Shown: positions 1 to 11,175, counted from the first letter of the stretch. The stretch: DNA of 64,000 nucleotides from Anthoceros angustus (GCA_010909165.1 VJWM01000063.1:1178001-1242000); one strand, 5' to 3'. Numbers and translations: made by a program. The notes: generated by a model not told the origin, from the letters alone.

Positions 1-169
1 ACGTTGGCACGCTTTGTCAGTGTGGGGTCGGCACTCTGCAAGGCTCACTTTGGAGGAGGATGCTTAGGGTGGTGGTTGGTGATTCCCTCCACGACCCATA
101 GGCAAGACGATCAGTCGAGCCCCCATCCTCCATCCTGAAGAAACCTATCCACTCTGCCCACCTGCTAGG

Positions 170-490
170 CCTTCCATCTCTATGTGGGCGTCTGCCTTCC
201 ATCTGCATATGGGCTTCTGTATGTGGGCTTCTGCCTTCCGTCTCTATGTGGGCTCCTGCCTTCCGTCTCTATGTGGGCTTCTGCCTTCCGTCTCTGTGTG
301 GGCTTCTGCCGTCTCTATGTGGGCTTCTGCCTTCCGTCTCTATGTGGGCTCCTGCCTTCCGTCTCTATGTGGGCTTCTGCCTTCCGTCTCTGTGTGGGCT
401 TCTGCCTTCCGTCTCTATGTGGGCTTCTGCCTTCCGTCTCTATGTGGGCTTCTGCAATCTCTCTCTGTGGGCTTCCGCAATCTCTCTGTG
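170..490. repeat. Minisatellite, 25-bp unit (TATGTGGGCTTCTGCCTTCCGTCTC), about 12 degenerate copies
   Basis: Unit read directly, with CTATG recurring at 244 and 269; it explains the repetitive ORFs in all three frames. Confidence 0.95.
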
Positions 491-1865
491 TGAGCTTCTG
501 CCTTGCATGTCTAAATGGGCTTCTGGGCAACTTGCTCACAAACAGATGTAGCCTACCTGGCCCAAGTGCCACCGGCACATTGAACCCCTTCATTAGCTCA
601 CACAGCATTCCCACATATTTTATGGAGTGGAGTTCCTGGGTAGTAAGCACTTCGCTCTTTTCATGTACCTGCCAATCTTTTTCTTGTACAAACGTCAGTT
701 TTAATTCACTTGGATGAAAAGTGGACTAAATTTTCGGTGTCATTAGACATGGTCCGTCTTGTACTTATTTAAGTACAGTACCAGGGTGCTAAGCTACTCG
801 AAAAAGGGCCAAGGGCCTCCTGATTCTTGAAGGGCGTCCACTTCCGATAGACACAACGTACCGATCTGAGCGTAACGGCGTTCTTACATACCCATTTGGC
901 CTAAGAACGCCGCATATGCAGGAGAGTTTGGTCAGATGCAGACCACAGACCTGTGTCCGTATCCACAGTACTTGAGCCACAGGCTCAAGACAGCCGACGC
1001 AATCAATGGAGATCCCGTTTTGTTAGAAAAGGGCCACAGGGACAGACATATAACGAGAAAAAAATTACATGAGCCAACGTCTGAAAGAGGATTAGACACG
1101 GACCACCTGCCTCCGACAGCTTCCTTAACAGGCATAAATGCGGGCCTACAAAGAACCAACAGAGTGTGCTCACGGATTCCTCGACAAGAAAATAAAGCAC
1201 AGAATCTTCAGAGTCTTTCCGTGAAACCCCGTACCAGGACGATGGGAGCACTTGACGATGAGAAACTAACGGGGTGGAAATCCAGGAGAGCTCAAGAATT
1301 GAGATCACTGACCAGTATCACACTGTCAAATCAGGGGCGGAAAGCCTTAAATCTCCTCTGTGATCAACTACAAGAACTTCCAAAAACCTACTTCCTCACA
1401 CCAAGACGGGCACACGTAAGGGGCTGCGGCCGGTCTCTTCCTTCGCCAACAGGTGCGCAAAGCACACATTACATCTAACAGAACTGCTTATAAGGACTTA
1501 TAGGCAGTGCTGGTAGATGCAATGTGTAATTGAAAGGTGGCAGAGAGACGAACTGGTTCCTTCCATCGCCGATCTGCAGCAAACGACAACACCAAATCCA
1601 CGAGTCTGACCAAAAGACGAGACATAATCGCCGTTCGGACGATAAACAAGCCCAACAGCGGGTAGGCTGGCACTGCTCAGTCCCTTAGATGTTCAATATG
1701 CACGACTCATCACTGATCAGTGCAATAGTAGGTTTCATCAAAGCAGTTGGCAGCCATCGGACCCTGACAAACAAAAAATGGGAAAGATGCTTAGCATGTC
1801 GCAACACAACGTCCTGACAAGAAAGCACAGTCCGGGCCAGGATAGCGAGTGCTGCTCCACTGAGC

Positions 1866-2062
1866 AGTACCTCCACAACTCAGCGGCTTCCTCTGGCTTC
1901 AGGGAACGGATCTAGTGGCACGGGAAAGCCAGAAGATCAGATTAAGAAGCCTCGCAAAGATGAGATCAGACCTATCAGTACCTCTACAACTCAGCGGCTC
2001 GCTCTGGCTTGAGGGAACGGATCTGGTGGCACGGGAAAACCGAGGATCAGATTGAGAAGCCC
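1866..2062. repeat. Diverged direct duplication, about 111-bp period
   Basis: AGTACCTC(C/T)ACAACTCAGCGGCT...GGGAACGGATCT(A/G)GTGGCACGGGAAA occurs at 1866 and 1977. Confidence 0.8.
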
Positions 2063-3120
2063 TCCAGTCATCACATCATACTTCAGAGGCTAGGTGCTCC
2101 GAAACAGCTCACAACATATAAAACCGACAACCACAGCAACACAACACGGCGCAGCTTGCAACCGCACGAAGCACCACGCCCGGCTGACGGGGATCTTGAA
2201 CCTTCGTGTGCTACTCACACCAACTTCGAGACGAGACAGAAAAACGGGCACCGCCTGTACTACCTCACGCCCTCAGCGCTGCGGAGGGAACGGCACTGCG
2301 CAGAATGACTAGTGGCCGAGCACGCTCTCCTAGAAAACAACACCCTACTTGCCCTAGAAGCGACGCGGCTCCAAACCCTAAGTTGCGGAAGAGAACTTTA
2401 GCCAACGGGCAACATCCCTCGGCAGGAGATAATATCTAGTTCGCTGAACGTTAGAAGAAGGGTCCAAAAAAGGTGCTGTACCGCAAGCGTCTGTAGCACC
2501 GAAGACAGCAGGGCCACAGTGTCATCACGCCGGCCACGCCCGTGAAATTGACTGTCAGAAACGGAGCCTGCAGAGGAGATCTGAACTCCGTTGTGGTCCT
2601 GTCAGACCAAGTTGAAAGCTTCGGGGCTTGGCGGCATCGGTTGCTTCTAATGGGGACGATGAGGCAGCATCTATTTGTACATGAGCAGCAGCTGTCTTAG
2701 AAGCTGGAGGGAATCGTATAAGAAGTCCTGGATCGTCCAGATCCGATGCATTTGGAACCTGAGGTGTCGAATTGCATCGAATTGCCTGCTGAAGATGATC
2801 TTTTCCTGGCTCTTGAGATGATCTGATTTGTGACTTGTCACTAGGCTCTGTGCTTTATCTCTTCTGCCACTGGCCGCATGCAGCTGTCTGTCCTGCAGAT
2901 CCAGGCGGGAAATGCAAATTGGATGATTCCCTACCCTTGGCAACATTAGCTTGCAGCGAGTTGCTGAGATGACCTGCTGAGGGACCAGAAAGAGGGATGG
3001 AATGTGACCACGGTCTGTGAGAACAAAGCAAAGTGGTAGGAAGGAAAGTGGTGGAATTGTTGTTTGAACTCCTTGGAACTTACTCCCAAATGTTGAGAGC
3101 CTCAGAAGAAATTTGTCAAG

Positions 3121-4218
3121 ATGAGAAAAGGTGAGATACAGGAGAAGTCGGACAATGAGGATGCCTCGGTGGTAAAACAGTTGGATCTGGAACCAGGCAC
3201 AACGCTATGGCTGGAAGACGGACATTGGCAAAGTGGTTTTCAGATACAACAAAGATTGGGAGGCAGAGAGCGGTCTGTGTACGTGGCCACTTCATGGGAT
3301 GAAACATGTAAGTCTTTCGCTGTTCACATCGGTCCATATCCTTCATTTGTAGAGCGTTTTCAAGGCTCGTGGGAGGATACGAGTGCGTGGTTTCAGGTGC
3401 ATCGACAAACTAAAGTCCTTAACATCTTGAAACACAGGGGTGTTTCTAGTAGATTTTTGCCACAAGTCGTTGCTTCTGGAAGACTAATTCATCCACCTCC
3501 CTGTAAGAAGCAAAGTCCGAAGGGCAGATGTGATCATGCCTGGTGCGGAGTTCCGGTTCTTGTCACAACTCCAGTCGGAGAACCAGTGGACCTCGTTGTG
3601 GCGAGGGAAGGCGTTTTTGCTGCAGAGGAAGCTCTGCGATGCTGCCACGATTGTTTGTCTGCTTTACGAAGTGCAGGGGCATCTGAGATTATGCATAGTG
3701 ATATCAGCCCAGATCATGTCCTAAGGGCAGTTGGGGCAGATGGGGACTTCTACTATGTGCTGGTCGACTGGGGTCATGCAGTTTTGGGAGGCTCAGATAC
3801 TCCTGCTGTTTCACTAAAGTTTTCATCCACAGTGGCTCTCAAGCATGGCAAGCTCCTCCCTGCGTCTGATGCTGAGAGCTTAGTGTATCTTCTGTTCTTC
3901 ATTTGTGGTGGCAGCTGCCCAGAGTTTGATTCTCTAGAGGCAGCATTGAGTTGGAGACAACGAGCATGGTCTACCAGGGCCATCCAGCAGCGACTCGGGG
4001 ATGTGTCTGCTGTCCTGAAGGCATTTGCTGATTATGTTGGGAGCATTTGTGGGACCCCTTATCCCGTGGACTACGATATATGGCTAAAACGACTGCTTAA
4101 TTACGGGGGATCTCGGCGGAGGCACGAACGTCAATCCACTTCTTCTCCAGACTTCGAGCGTCCAGCGGAGTCTTCTGGCTCGCCAGATTCGTGGAGGAAA
4201 CTGGGAAGATACCGCTGA
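3121..4218 (+). CDS. Plant-specific protein kinase-like protein (At2g40980-like family), C-terminal region; the true 5' part probably extends upstream to about 2.6 kb with frameshifts
   Basis: 365-aa ORF with GRCDHAWCGVPVLVTTPVGEP, EEALRCCHDCLSAL, HSDISPDHV (catalytic-loop-like), LVDWGHA (DFG-like) and ASDAESLVYLL. Confidence 0.75.
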   Translation: MRKGEIQEKSDNEDASVVKQLDLEPGTTLWLEDGHWQSGFQIQQRLGGRERSVYVATSWDETCKSFAVHIGPYPSFVERFQGSWEDTSAWFQVHRQTKVLNILKHRGVSSRFLPQVVASGRLIHPPPCKKQSPKGRCDHAWCGVPVLVTTPVGEPVDLVVAREGVFAAEEALRCCHDCLSALRSAGASEIMHSDISPDHVLRAVGADGDFYYVLVDWGHAVLGGSDTPAVSLKFSSTVALKHGKLLPASDAESLVYLLFFICGGSCPEFDSLEAALSWRQRAWSTRAIQQRLGDVSAVLKAFADYVGSICGTPYPVDYDIWLKRLLNYGGSRRRHERQSTSSPDFERPAESSGSPDSWRKLGRYR

Positions 4219-4458
4219 CTCCAAACCTAGACCCTAAATAAGACGCTAGTTACATGTGTATTTGTGCATGAGAATGTGGTTATGTCGGAGGAGACAACCT
4301 TCATGTGATAATAAATGAGAAAGTGCCCCGCCGCCTGTTCCGATTCTTGGCAAGGTGAACGAACACATCTTCGTCGAGAAAGCAATTCCACTCGACAAAT
4401 GAAGAGTGTCGAAGGCGCCTGCACCAGGAGAAAGGATATATTGCTGTTTTTCAACTTT

Positions 4459-6807
4459 TTAATCTACACTGCACTGCGTAAAGCTCTCGTCCCAAACCAA
4501 GAAGCTGTGAACCAGTCCGTCCGGATCCGCCCAAAAGGTCTGACCTGCCTGCTTCCATGCCCCTCGTCCTTTCCTCATGCGCTGCAGGTTCTGTGCCTGC
4601 TCCCACATTCGGGAACCAGTGTATATGTTCGACATCAAGACGTAGGCTGGAGCGTCTTGTGTGTCTAACTCCATAGCTTCTGCAAAGGCATGCCGTCCCA
4701 CCTCCACATTCCGCCACTTGCGACAAGCACCCAATAAACTGTGCCAAACGGCAGCATCAGGCGCTATAGGCATTGTCCTCACCAAAGCTAGTGCATTGTC
4801 CATCTGGCCTGCACGACCTAGGAGATCCACCATGCATGTGTAGTGCTCCGCTGTAGGACTGATACAATATTGCTTGCTCATAGCCTCAAAGAACTCTCGT
4901 CCCTGCTTCACTAGTCCCGCATGACTGCATACTGTTAGTACACTGAGGAATGTGATACCATCTGGCTGTATACCATCCTCTCTCATTCTGTGAAATAAAT
5001 CAAACACTACTTCACTGTCTCCATGGCAAGTATAACCAGCAATCAATGCATTCCAGGAGACAACCTCTCTTTCAGGTAACGACTCAAACACCTGGTGTGC
5101 ATTAACCATGCTTCCGGACTTCGAGTACATATTTATCAAACTGATGGCTACAAGCACATCACATTGAAGACCTTGTTCTTCTATCTGTGCATGAAGACCC
5201 TCTCCCAGATGCAAAGCTGCAACATTTGCACATGCCTGCAGGAGGCATACAAACGTCACAGAGTCAGGTGCAACGCTGCCTTCTTCTTGCATAGTCCTGT
5301 AAAGGTGCAGAGCTTCCTGGCCCATGCCCTGCTGGGAATAGCCAGCTATCATGGCATTCCACGTGACAACATTTTTCTGATCAAGCCCGTCAAACACAGA
5401 CTGAGCATCTTCGAGGCTGGCACACTTCGCATACATGTTTACAAGGCTGCAACCTACAACTGCATCAACCTGAAGCCCTTCTTTCGCAATCTGCTGATGC
5501 AGCTGCTTCCCCTTTTCCAAAGCTTGGGTACCCACACTTGCACAAGCCCGCAGGACGCACACAAACGTCACAGCAGTAGGCACGGTAATGCCTTCTTCTT
5601 GCATGGCGCTGTAAAGATGGAGGGCTTTCTCGCCCATTCCCTGCTGCGAGTACCCTGCGATCATAGCATTCCACGTGACCACATTTTTTTTGGCAAGTCC
5701 GTCAAACACTCCTTGCGCGTCTCCCAAGCTGCCACACTTTGCATACATGTTCACCAGACTGCTGCCCACAAAGACATTAGTGTGAAGTCCTCGTTCCTTA
5801 ATTCGTGCATGAAGCTGCCTCCCCGTCTCCAAAGCCAGGGTGCCCACGCTTGCACATGCCTGCAGGAGGGACACAAATGTCACCGCATCGGGTGCAGCGG
5901 TGCCTTCTTCTTGCATAGCCCAGTAAAGACACAAGGCTTCCTGTCCCCTGTCCTGCTGAGAATATCCGGCTATTATGGCATTCCACGTCACCACATTTTT
6001 CTTCACAAGTCGGTCAAATACTCTTTGAGCATCTTCCAAGCTGCCACACTTTGCATACATGTCCACCAAGCAGTTGCAGACAAACAAATCAGGATCCACT
6101 CCACTGGCTAACACATCAGTATGCACCTGTTGCCCAGTTTTCAAGTCTACTCCCCTTGCACAAGCCTGAAGGGCTGCCACAAACACATGCCCATCTGGCT
6201 TCGCACTCGATGTGCGCATGCACCGATACAATTGTATGGCCTGCTTATCTTGGCCAAGTTTAACGTGTGCAGAGATTATGGATGACCACATGAAGGCATC
6301 CGGTTCGGCCACCATGGTGAAAACATCCATCGCTTCCTGCAAACTGGCATGAGAAGCGTACATTCGCAGAACATGATTGCACAAGAACGTGTCCGACTCG
6401 AACCCGCTCTTCACAGAGAGAGCATGTACACGGCGACCAAGAACCAGATCTCTCTGAACCACGCATTTCTTTAACACACTGTGAAACACAGATCTAGAAA
6501 TACAACACTCTCTCTGCACCAGGATTCCCAGAGCCACCACAGCCTCGCTGAGCTGCTCCTGCTGACATAGTTCGTTCACGGTCTCAGCCGTTATGCTCAT
6601 CCTGTATCCAGCAGTCCTGTAAGGCTCGGGACCGTCGGGTGCGCTCCCGCCGGCTGTAGAGTGACGACGGACCATCGGTACATCCGCAGCAGCCAGCTGC
6701 ACATCCACCCAAGCTGGCCTGCAAGGTTGCTCTCCCGGAGACGTTTGCGGTCCAGGAAAGACTGTCGCCATAAGAGCAACTGCCCCCAACCCCTGCCAGC
6801 CAGACAT
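4459..6807 (-). CDS. PLS-class pentatricopeptide repeat protein with E1-E2 and a truncated (E+) WW-type PG box; putative organellar RNA-editing specificity factor; intronless
   Basis: Repeated P-L-S motifs (NVVTWNAMIAGYSQQG; PDAVTFVSLLQACA; SSLVNMYAKCGSL.DAQ.VFD), E motif EHYTCMVDLLGRAG...VWHSLLGAC...AYVLMSNIY, then GAWKQAGQTFWADPDGLVHSF and stop. First ATG is at 6807 (the ORF track starts at a TTG). Confidence 0.95.
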   Translation of the reverse strand: MSGWQGLGAVALMATVFPGPQTSPGEQPCRPAWVDVQLAAADVPMVRRHSTAGGSAPDGPEPYRTAGYRMSITAETVNELCQQEQLSEAVVALGILVQRECCISRSVFHSVLKKCVVQRDLVLGRRVHALSVKSGFESDTFLCNHVLRMYASHASLQEAMDVFTMVAEPDAFMWSSIISAHVKLGQDKQAIQLYRCMRTSSAKPDGHVFVAALQACARGVDLKTGQQVHTDVLASGVDPDLFVCNCLVDMYAKCGSLEDAQRVFDRLVKKNVVTWNAIIAGYSQQDRGQEALCLYWAMQEEGTAAPDAVTFVSLLQACASVGTLALETGRQLHARIKERGLHTNVFVGSSLVNMYAKCGSLGDAQGVFDGLAKKNVVTWNAMIAGYSQQGMGEKALHLYSAMQEEGITVPTAVTFVCVLRACASVGTQALEKGKQLHQQIAKEGLQVDAVVGCSLVNMYAKCASLEDAQSVFDGLDQKNVVTWNAMIAGYSQQGMGQEALHLYRTMQEEGSVAPDSVTFVCLLQACANVAALHLGEGLHAQIEEQGLQCDVLVAISLINMYSKSGSMVNAHQVFESLPEREVVSWNALIAGYTCHGDSEVVFDLFHRMREDGIQPDGITFLSVLTVCSHAGLVKQGREFFEAMSKQYCISPTAEHYTCMVDLLGRAGQMDNALALVRTMPIAPDAAVWHSLLGACRKWRNVEVGRHAFAEAMELDTQDAPAYVLMSNIYTGSRMWEQAQNLQRMRKGRGAWKQAGQTFWADPDGLVHSFLVWDESFTQCSVD

Positions 6808-7094
6808 TCTCTTGGACGGCCTCAATCCCTTGCAAGCGAGGATCCTTCAAAACGTCACTGTTGTAAAACCCTACATCACCACAAGCTCCGCCGCACTGTG
6901 CGTACGAAGATCGCACCAGACAGACATGGATTCCCGCGGCACAGAATGAACCAACGAAACGAAGACTGAGACCAAACCCCGACTCCAGCGCACCCGACAG
7001 AATGATCCAGAGTACTATACTGTCCATGTGCACTCATAGCACAGAACACCTTCCTCCACAATCCCACTGCACCGAGACATGCGCCGTAGCCGCC

Positions 7095-7520
7095 TCAACC
7101 AGGTCCAACTTTAGGGATGTCGTAATGCTCGCTGAGGTTGGCTAGATACTGGTTGAACTCTTCTACCTTCTGGCGGTGAGACTTACTGGCTGTCTTGGCA
7201 AGCCTACGAGCCTCCAGCTTCGCCTTCTGCTCGTCGTACCGCTTCTCTGCAGCTGTGCGGTGGTCTTCCAGAACGGCCAGCTGCCGTTCGCCCTTCTCCT
7301 TCAGCTGCCCTAATTTTTCGCCTCCGCCATCCTCCGCTGCCAGCGCCAGTTCCAAGCTCTCCTCCGAGAGGGTCAGTTGTTGTTGCTGTTGTTTCTCCTC
7401 CACGAGGTGGAAGCCCTCGCCCGTACTCCGTTTCCTTTTCTTCTTCAGGCTGCCCGACTTCACATCCAGTGCCTTCCCCTTCAGCTTCAGCCTCCCCCGT
7501 ACGACATTCGCATACGACAT
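7095..7520 (-). CDS. FAM32A: FAM32A-like (DUF1754) small nuclear splicing-associated protein, 141 aa, intronless
   Basis: N-terminal YANVVRGRLKLKG and diagnostic C-terminus SHRQKVEEFNQYLANLSEHYDIPKVGPG. Confidence 0.9.
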   Translation of the reverse strand: MSYANVVRGRLKLKGKALDVKSGSLKKKRKRSTGEGFHLVEEKQQQQQLTLSEESLELALAAEDGGGEKLGQLKEKGERQLAVLEDHRTAAEKRYDEQKAKLEARRLAKTASKSHRQKVEEFNQYLANLSEHYDIPKVGPG

Positions 7521-8008
7521 CGTTGGAGCAGCCACCGCTGCCGCTCCAACTCAAACGGCACCACAAAGTTGCATGTCTTTGCATGAATACGGCCATCAGA
7601 GCCTCAATACATAGTTTTATAGTTTAATAGCTCCCATGTCGAGCATTTAAAAACAGCGCTAATTTAACTTGTGATGCGTGGTAACCTAATATATTCTTCT
7701 TCATTCTTCTTGACTGTTAAAGACGGAAATGAAGATTTTATAAATTTGTTGAGATTGGGAAGTCTTATTTATACGTGGGGCGATGAGACTGTTAGAATAG
7801 GGGTTATATAGATATGAAGATTTTTAGTATGTAGAGTATATATAATATTATACATACTAAACTTATTTGATGACTTGTATCTCTCGTCAAATAAGCTACC
7901 AAACAAGTTTAGTATGTATAATATTATTTTTTCATTCTAATATCCGTTTTCTTGTTTACAGCAAAGGAACAATCAAGATTGCTACCCAGCATCTTCGATT
8001 TAGCCTAC

Positions 8009-8130
8009 TAACAAATTTCTTTGATTTTATTTTGAAGTACATTTGAAAATATTTAGAGTTTAAATGTTCTAACAAATTTCTTTGATTTTATTTTGAAGTA
8101 CATTTGAAAATATTTAGAGTTTAAATGTTC
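8009..8130. repeat. Perfect 61-bp tandem duplication, AT-rich
   Basis: TAACAAATTTCTTTGATTTTATTTTGAAGTACATTTGAAAATATTTAGAGTTTAAATGTTC starts at 8009 and 8070. Confidence 0.95.
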
Positions 8131-8545
8131 TACGCCGAGTTGAAGGTTCTCTGCAAAGTGCACCACACGAACCTGGTGAGAAAAGCTTGTTCTTTTCTAG
8201 GGAGTCTGGTTGTTATCGTTGGGGAATTACGACTTAGTTTAGCTAATCCTCTACTCTAAATGATTTGTGCTTTGTACAGATTGAGTTGATAGGCTATTCA
8301 GCTGGACAGGAACATCTCTACATGGTGTATGAGTTTGTTGAGAATGGAGCTTTGAGTGACCGTCTTCATAACCCTTTAAGCCTTTGTATAGGCTACAGGG
8401 TCTTGCAGCAGCTTCCAAGTCTTGCATGCGAATAGGGCATTTATAACGTGGGAGCGTCTCATCAATGTTGCAGGTTTCACTCCTCTTAGTTGGACTCAAA
8501 GAGTGCAGATAGTAATTGATTCCGCTAGAGAACTCGATCGGGAGT
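8128..8545 (+). pseudogene. Orphan fragment of a LysM receptor-like kinase (LYK3/CERK1 type), kinase subdomains III-VIa, with two introns retained
   Basis: FYAELKVLCKVHHTNL | GT..AG intron 8176-8279 | IELIGYSAGQEHLYMVYEFVENGALSDRLHNPL | intron | GFTPLSWTQRVQIVIDSARELD; no flanking exons visible. Confidence 0.8.
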
Positions 8546-8573
8546 ACCCCTTTGGCTAACATTTAACCAAGAT

Positions 8574-11175
8574 AATTTTTTCAATTTTTATTTTAAAGTT
8601 TTTTGGACATTTCCTAAAAATAAACCTGTTAACTTGGCCTAAAGAAACTTGTGTGTGAGGTCTGCCTCAACTCATTCCTTAAATAATTATGCTTATCCCT
8701 CTCTATAACATGTAGTTTTTGTTTAATTTGATTTCAAGATCAATCATCTTAGCATTTAAATTTAGAGCTACCAACAAATTGTGTTTGTTTTAATTTTAAA
8801 GTTTGTTTGAAGGCACATTAAAAACTTAACATAAAGGGACTAATAGCATTTGTTTGATTTTATTTCAAAGTGCTTGAAGACATCTTGCACTTAAATTCGA
8901 GCTATTAACATGTTAAATTTCATTTGATTTTAAGACTACTTGAAAATGTACTACGAGCATGTGACATCACGTGCCACTCGAGATTTTAGGGCTTAAAAGA
9001 AATGGGGACATAAAACAAGTCAGTTTGAAATGTGTAACCTCGTTAATAGCACCATGAGCCAATCTATCACTTTGGCATCAATTGCACCGATAAATCCAGT
9101 TTGAAATGTGTAACCTCGTTGATAGCACCATGAGCCAATCTATCACTTTGGCATCAATTGCACCGATATATCCAGTCACACCATCCGGCAATTGCCATCA
9201 AATTGCTTGCAAGTTTCAATTGCCTACTCCCTAAGCAGGAAAAGTACTACTCCTCACTCTCTAGATCGCAAGCATCCACATTCAAACAAGCTAGTCCCCA
9301 CACTCGAGATTGCAAGCATCCAAGTTTAGCGAGGCTAGTTCCCACCCTCATGATCATAGGTATCCAAGTTCAGACAGAGATAAGGATTCGAGCGAAGTCT
9401 ACAAGAGACTAATAAACGCATCTCAATAAATGCCTCTATAGGGCAGTCGCACTCAACTCATTGAATGCACTTGGGCTCCGTGTTTTTTGATCGTTTCAAG
9501 ATCGGATCTATGAGCAAACTATGTTGTGGGCATGCCGATTATCATGATTTTAACCCTAAAAATAAGCTGCTAGATCGTCGGTACACAACATTGAGATCAA
9601 AATTATTTCAAATGCCACTCAAGCAAGGTGCTTCATGCTTGAGTTCTGCACTACTAGCTAGGGTGAATCCTATGCCTTCCCATGCTCTTCTACCGAAAGC
9701 TTACATTTTTACAGTCTTGCCCACGTCCAATGTCCGTCGGTGTGACTTCGGGATCAAGTATAGGCGATACTTTGGTCGTAGTAGGTTGGGGTGGGTGGAG
9801 TTTACCACACGTTATGTTTTGTGATAAACTAGTTTTTATAACTTCTAGCAAGTGTTTGGCTTGAATTTTTCAATTTTTATTTTAAAGTTTTTGGACATTT
9901 CCTAAAAATAAACCTTAACAGCTAAAGAAACTTGTGTGAGGTCTGCCTCAACTCATTCCTTAAATAATTATGCTTATCCTCTATAACATGTAGTTTTTGT
10001 TTAATTTGATTTCAAGATCAATCATCTTAGCATTTAAATTTAGAGCTACCAACAAATTGTGTTTGTTTTAATTTTAAAGTTTGTTTGAAGGCACATTAAA
10101 AACTTAACATAAAGGGACTAATAGCATTTGTTTGATTTTATTTCAAAGTCTGCTTGAAGACATCTTGCACTTAAATTCAGAGCTATTAACATGTTAAATT
10201 TCATTTGATTTTTAAGACTACTTGAAAATGTGCTACGAGCATGTGACATCACGTGCCACTCGAGATTTTAGGGCTTAAAAAGAAATGGGGACATAAAACA
10301 AGTCAGTTTGAAATGTGTAACCTCGTTAATAGCACCATGAGCCAATCTATCACTTTGGCATCAATTGCACCGATAAATCCAGTTTGAAATGTGTAACCTC
10401 GTTGATAGCACCATGAGCCAATCTATCACTTTGGCATCAATTGCACCGATATATCCAGTCACACCATCCGGCAATTGCCATCAAATTGCTTGCAAGTTTC
10501 AATTGCCTACTCCTAAGCGGGGAAAAGTACTACTCCTCACTCTCTAGATCATAGCATCCACATTCAAACAAGCTAGTCCCCACACTCGAGATTGCAAGCA
10601 TCCAAGTTTAGCGAGGCTAGTTCCCACCCTCATGATCATAGGTATCCAAGTTCAGACAGAGATAAGGATTCGAGCGAAGTCTACAAGAGACTAATAAACG
10701 CATCTCAATAAATGCCTCTATAGGAGCAGTGCGCACACTCAACTCATTGAATGCACTTGGGCTCCGTGTTTTTTCTGTTGATCGTTTCAAGATCGGATCT
10801 ATGAGCAAACTATGTTGTGGGCATGCCAGTTATCATGATTTTAACCCTAAAAAAATAAGCTGCTAGATCGTCAGGTACACAACATTGAGATCAAAATTAT
10901 TTCAAATGCCACTCAAGCAAGGTGCTTCATGCTTGAGTTCTGCACTACTAGCTAGGGTGAATCCTATGCCTTCCCATGCTCTTCTACCGAAAGCTTACAT
11001 TTTTTACCCCAGGTACTGCCCGCAGCCAATGTCCAAATCGGTCGCTGACTTACTGGGATCAAGTATAGGCGATACTTTGGTCGTAGTAGGTTGGGGTGGG
11101 TGGAGTTTACCACACGTTATGTTTTGTGATAAACTAGTTTTTATAACTTCTAGCAAGTGTTTGGCTTCGAATTTT
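8574..11175. repeat. About 1.3-kb tandem duplication (8574-9863 and 9864-11175), each copy carrying an internal 76-bp duplication
   Basis: Both copies start AATTTTT(T)CAATTTTTATTTTAAAG and end CTAGCAAGTGTTTGGCTT; differences are mostly small indels. Confidence 0.95.

Noticed and set aside
182-717. Repetitive Cys-rich ORFs in several frames
   Set aside because: By-product of the 25-bp minisatellite
5095-6111. 338-aa plus-strand ORF
   Set aside because: Antisense shadow of the repetitive PPR coding sequence
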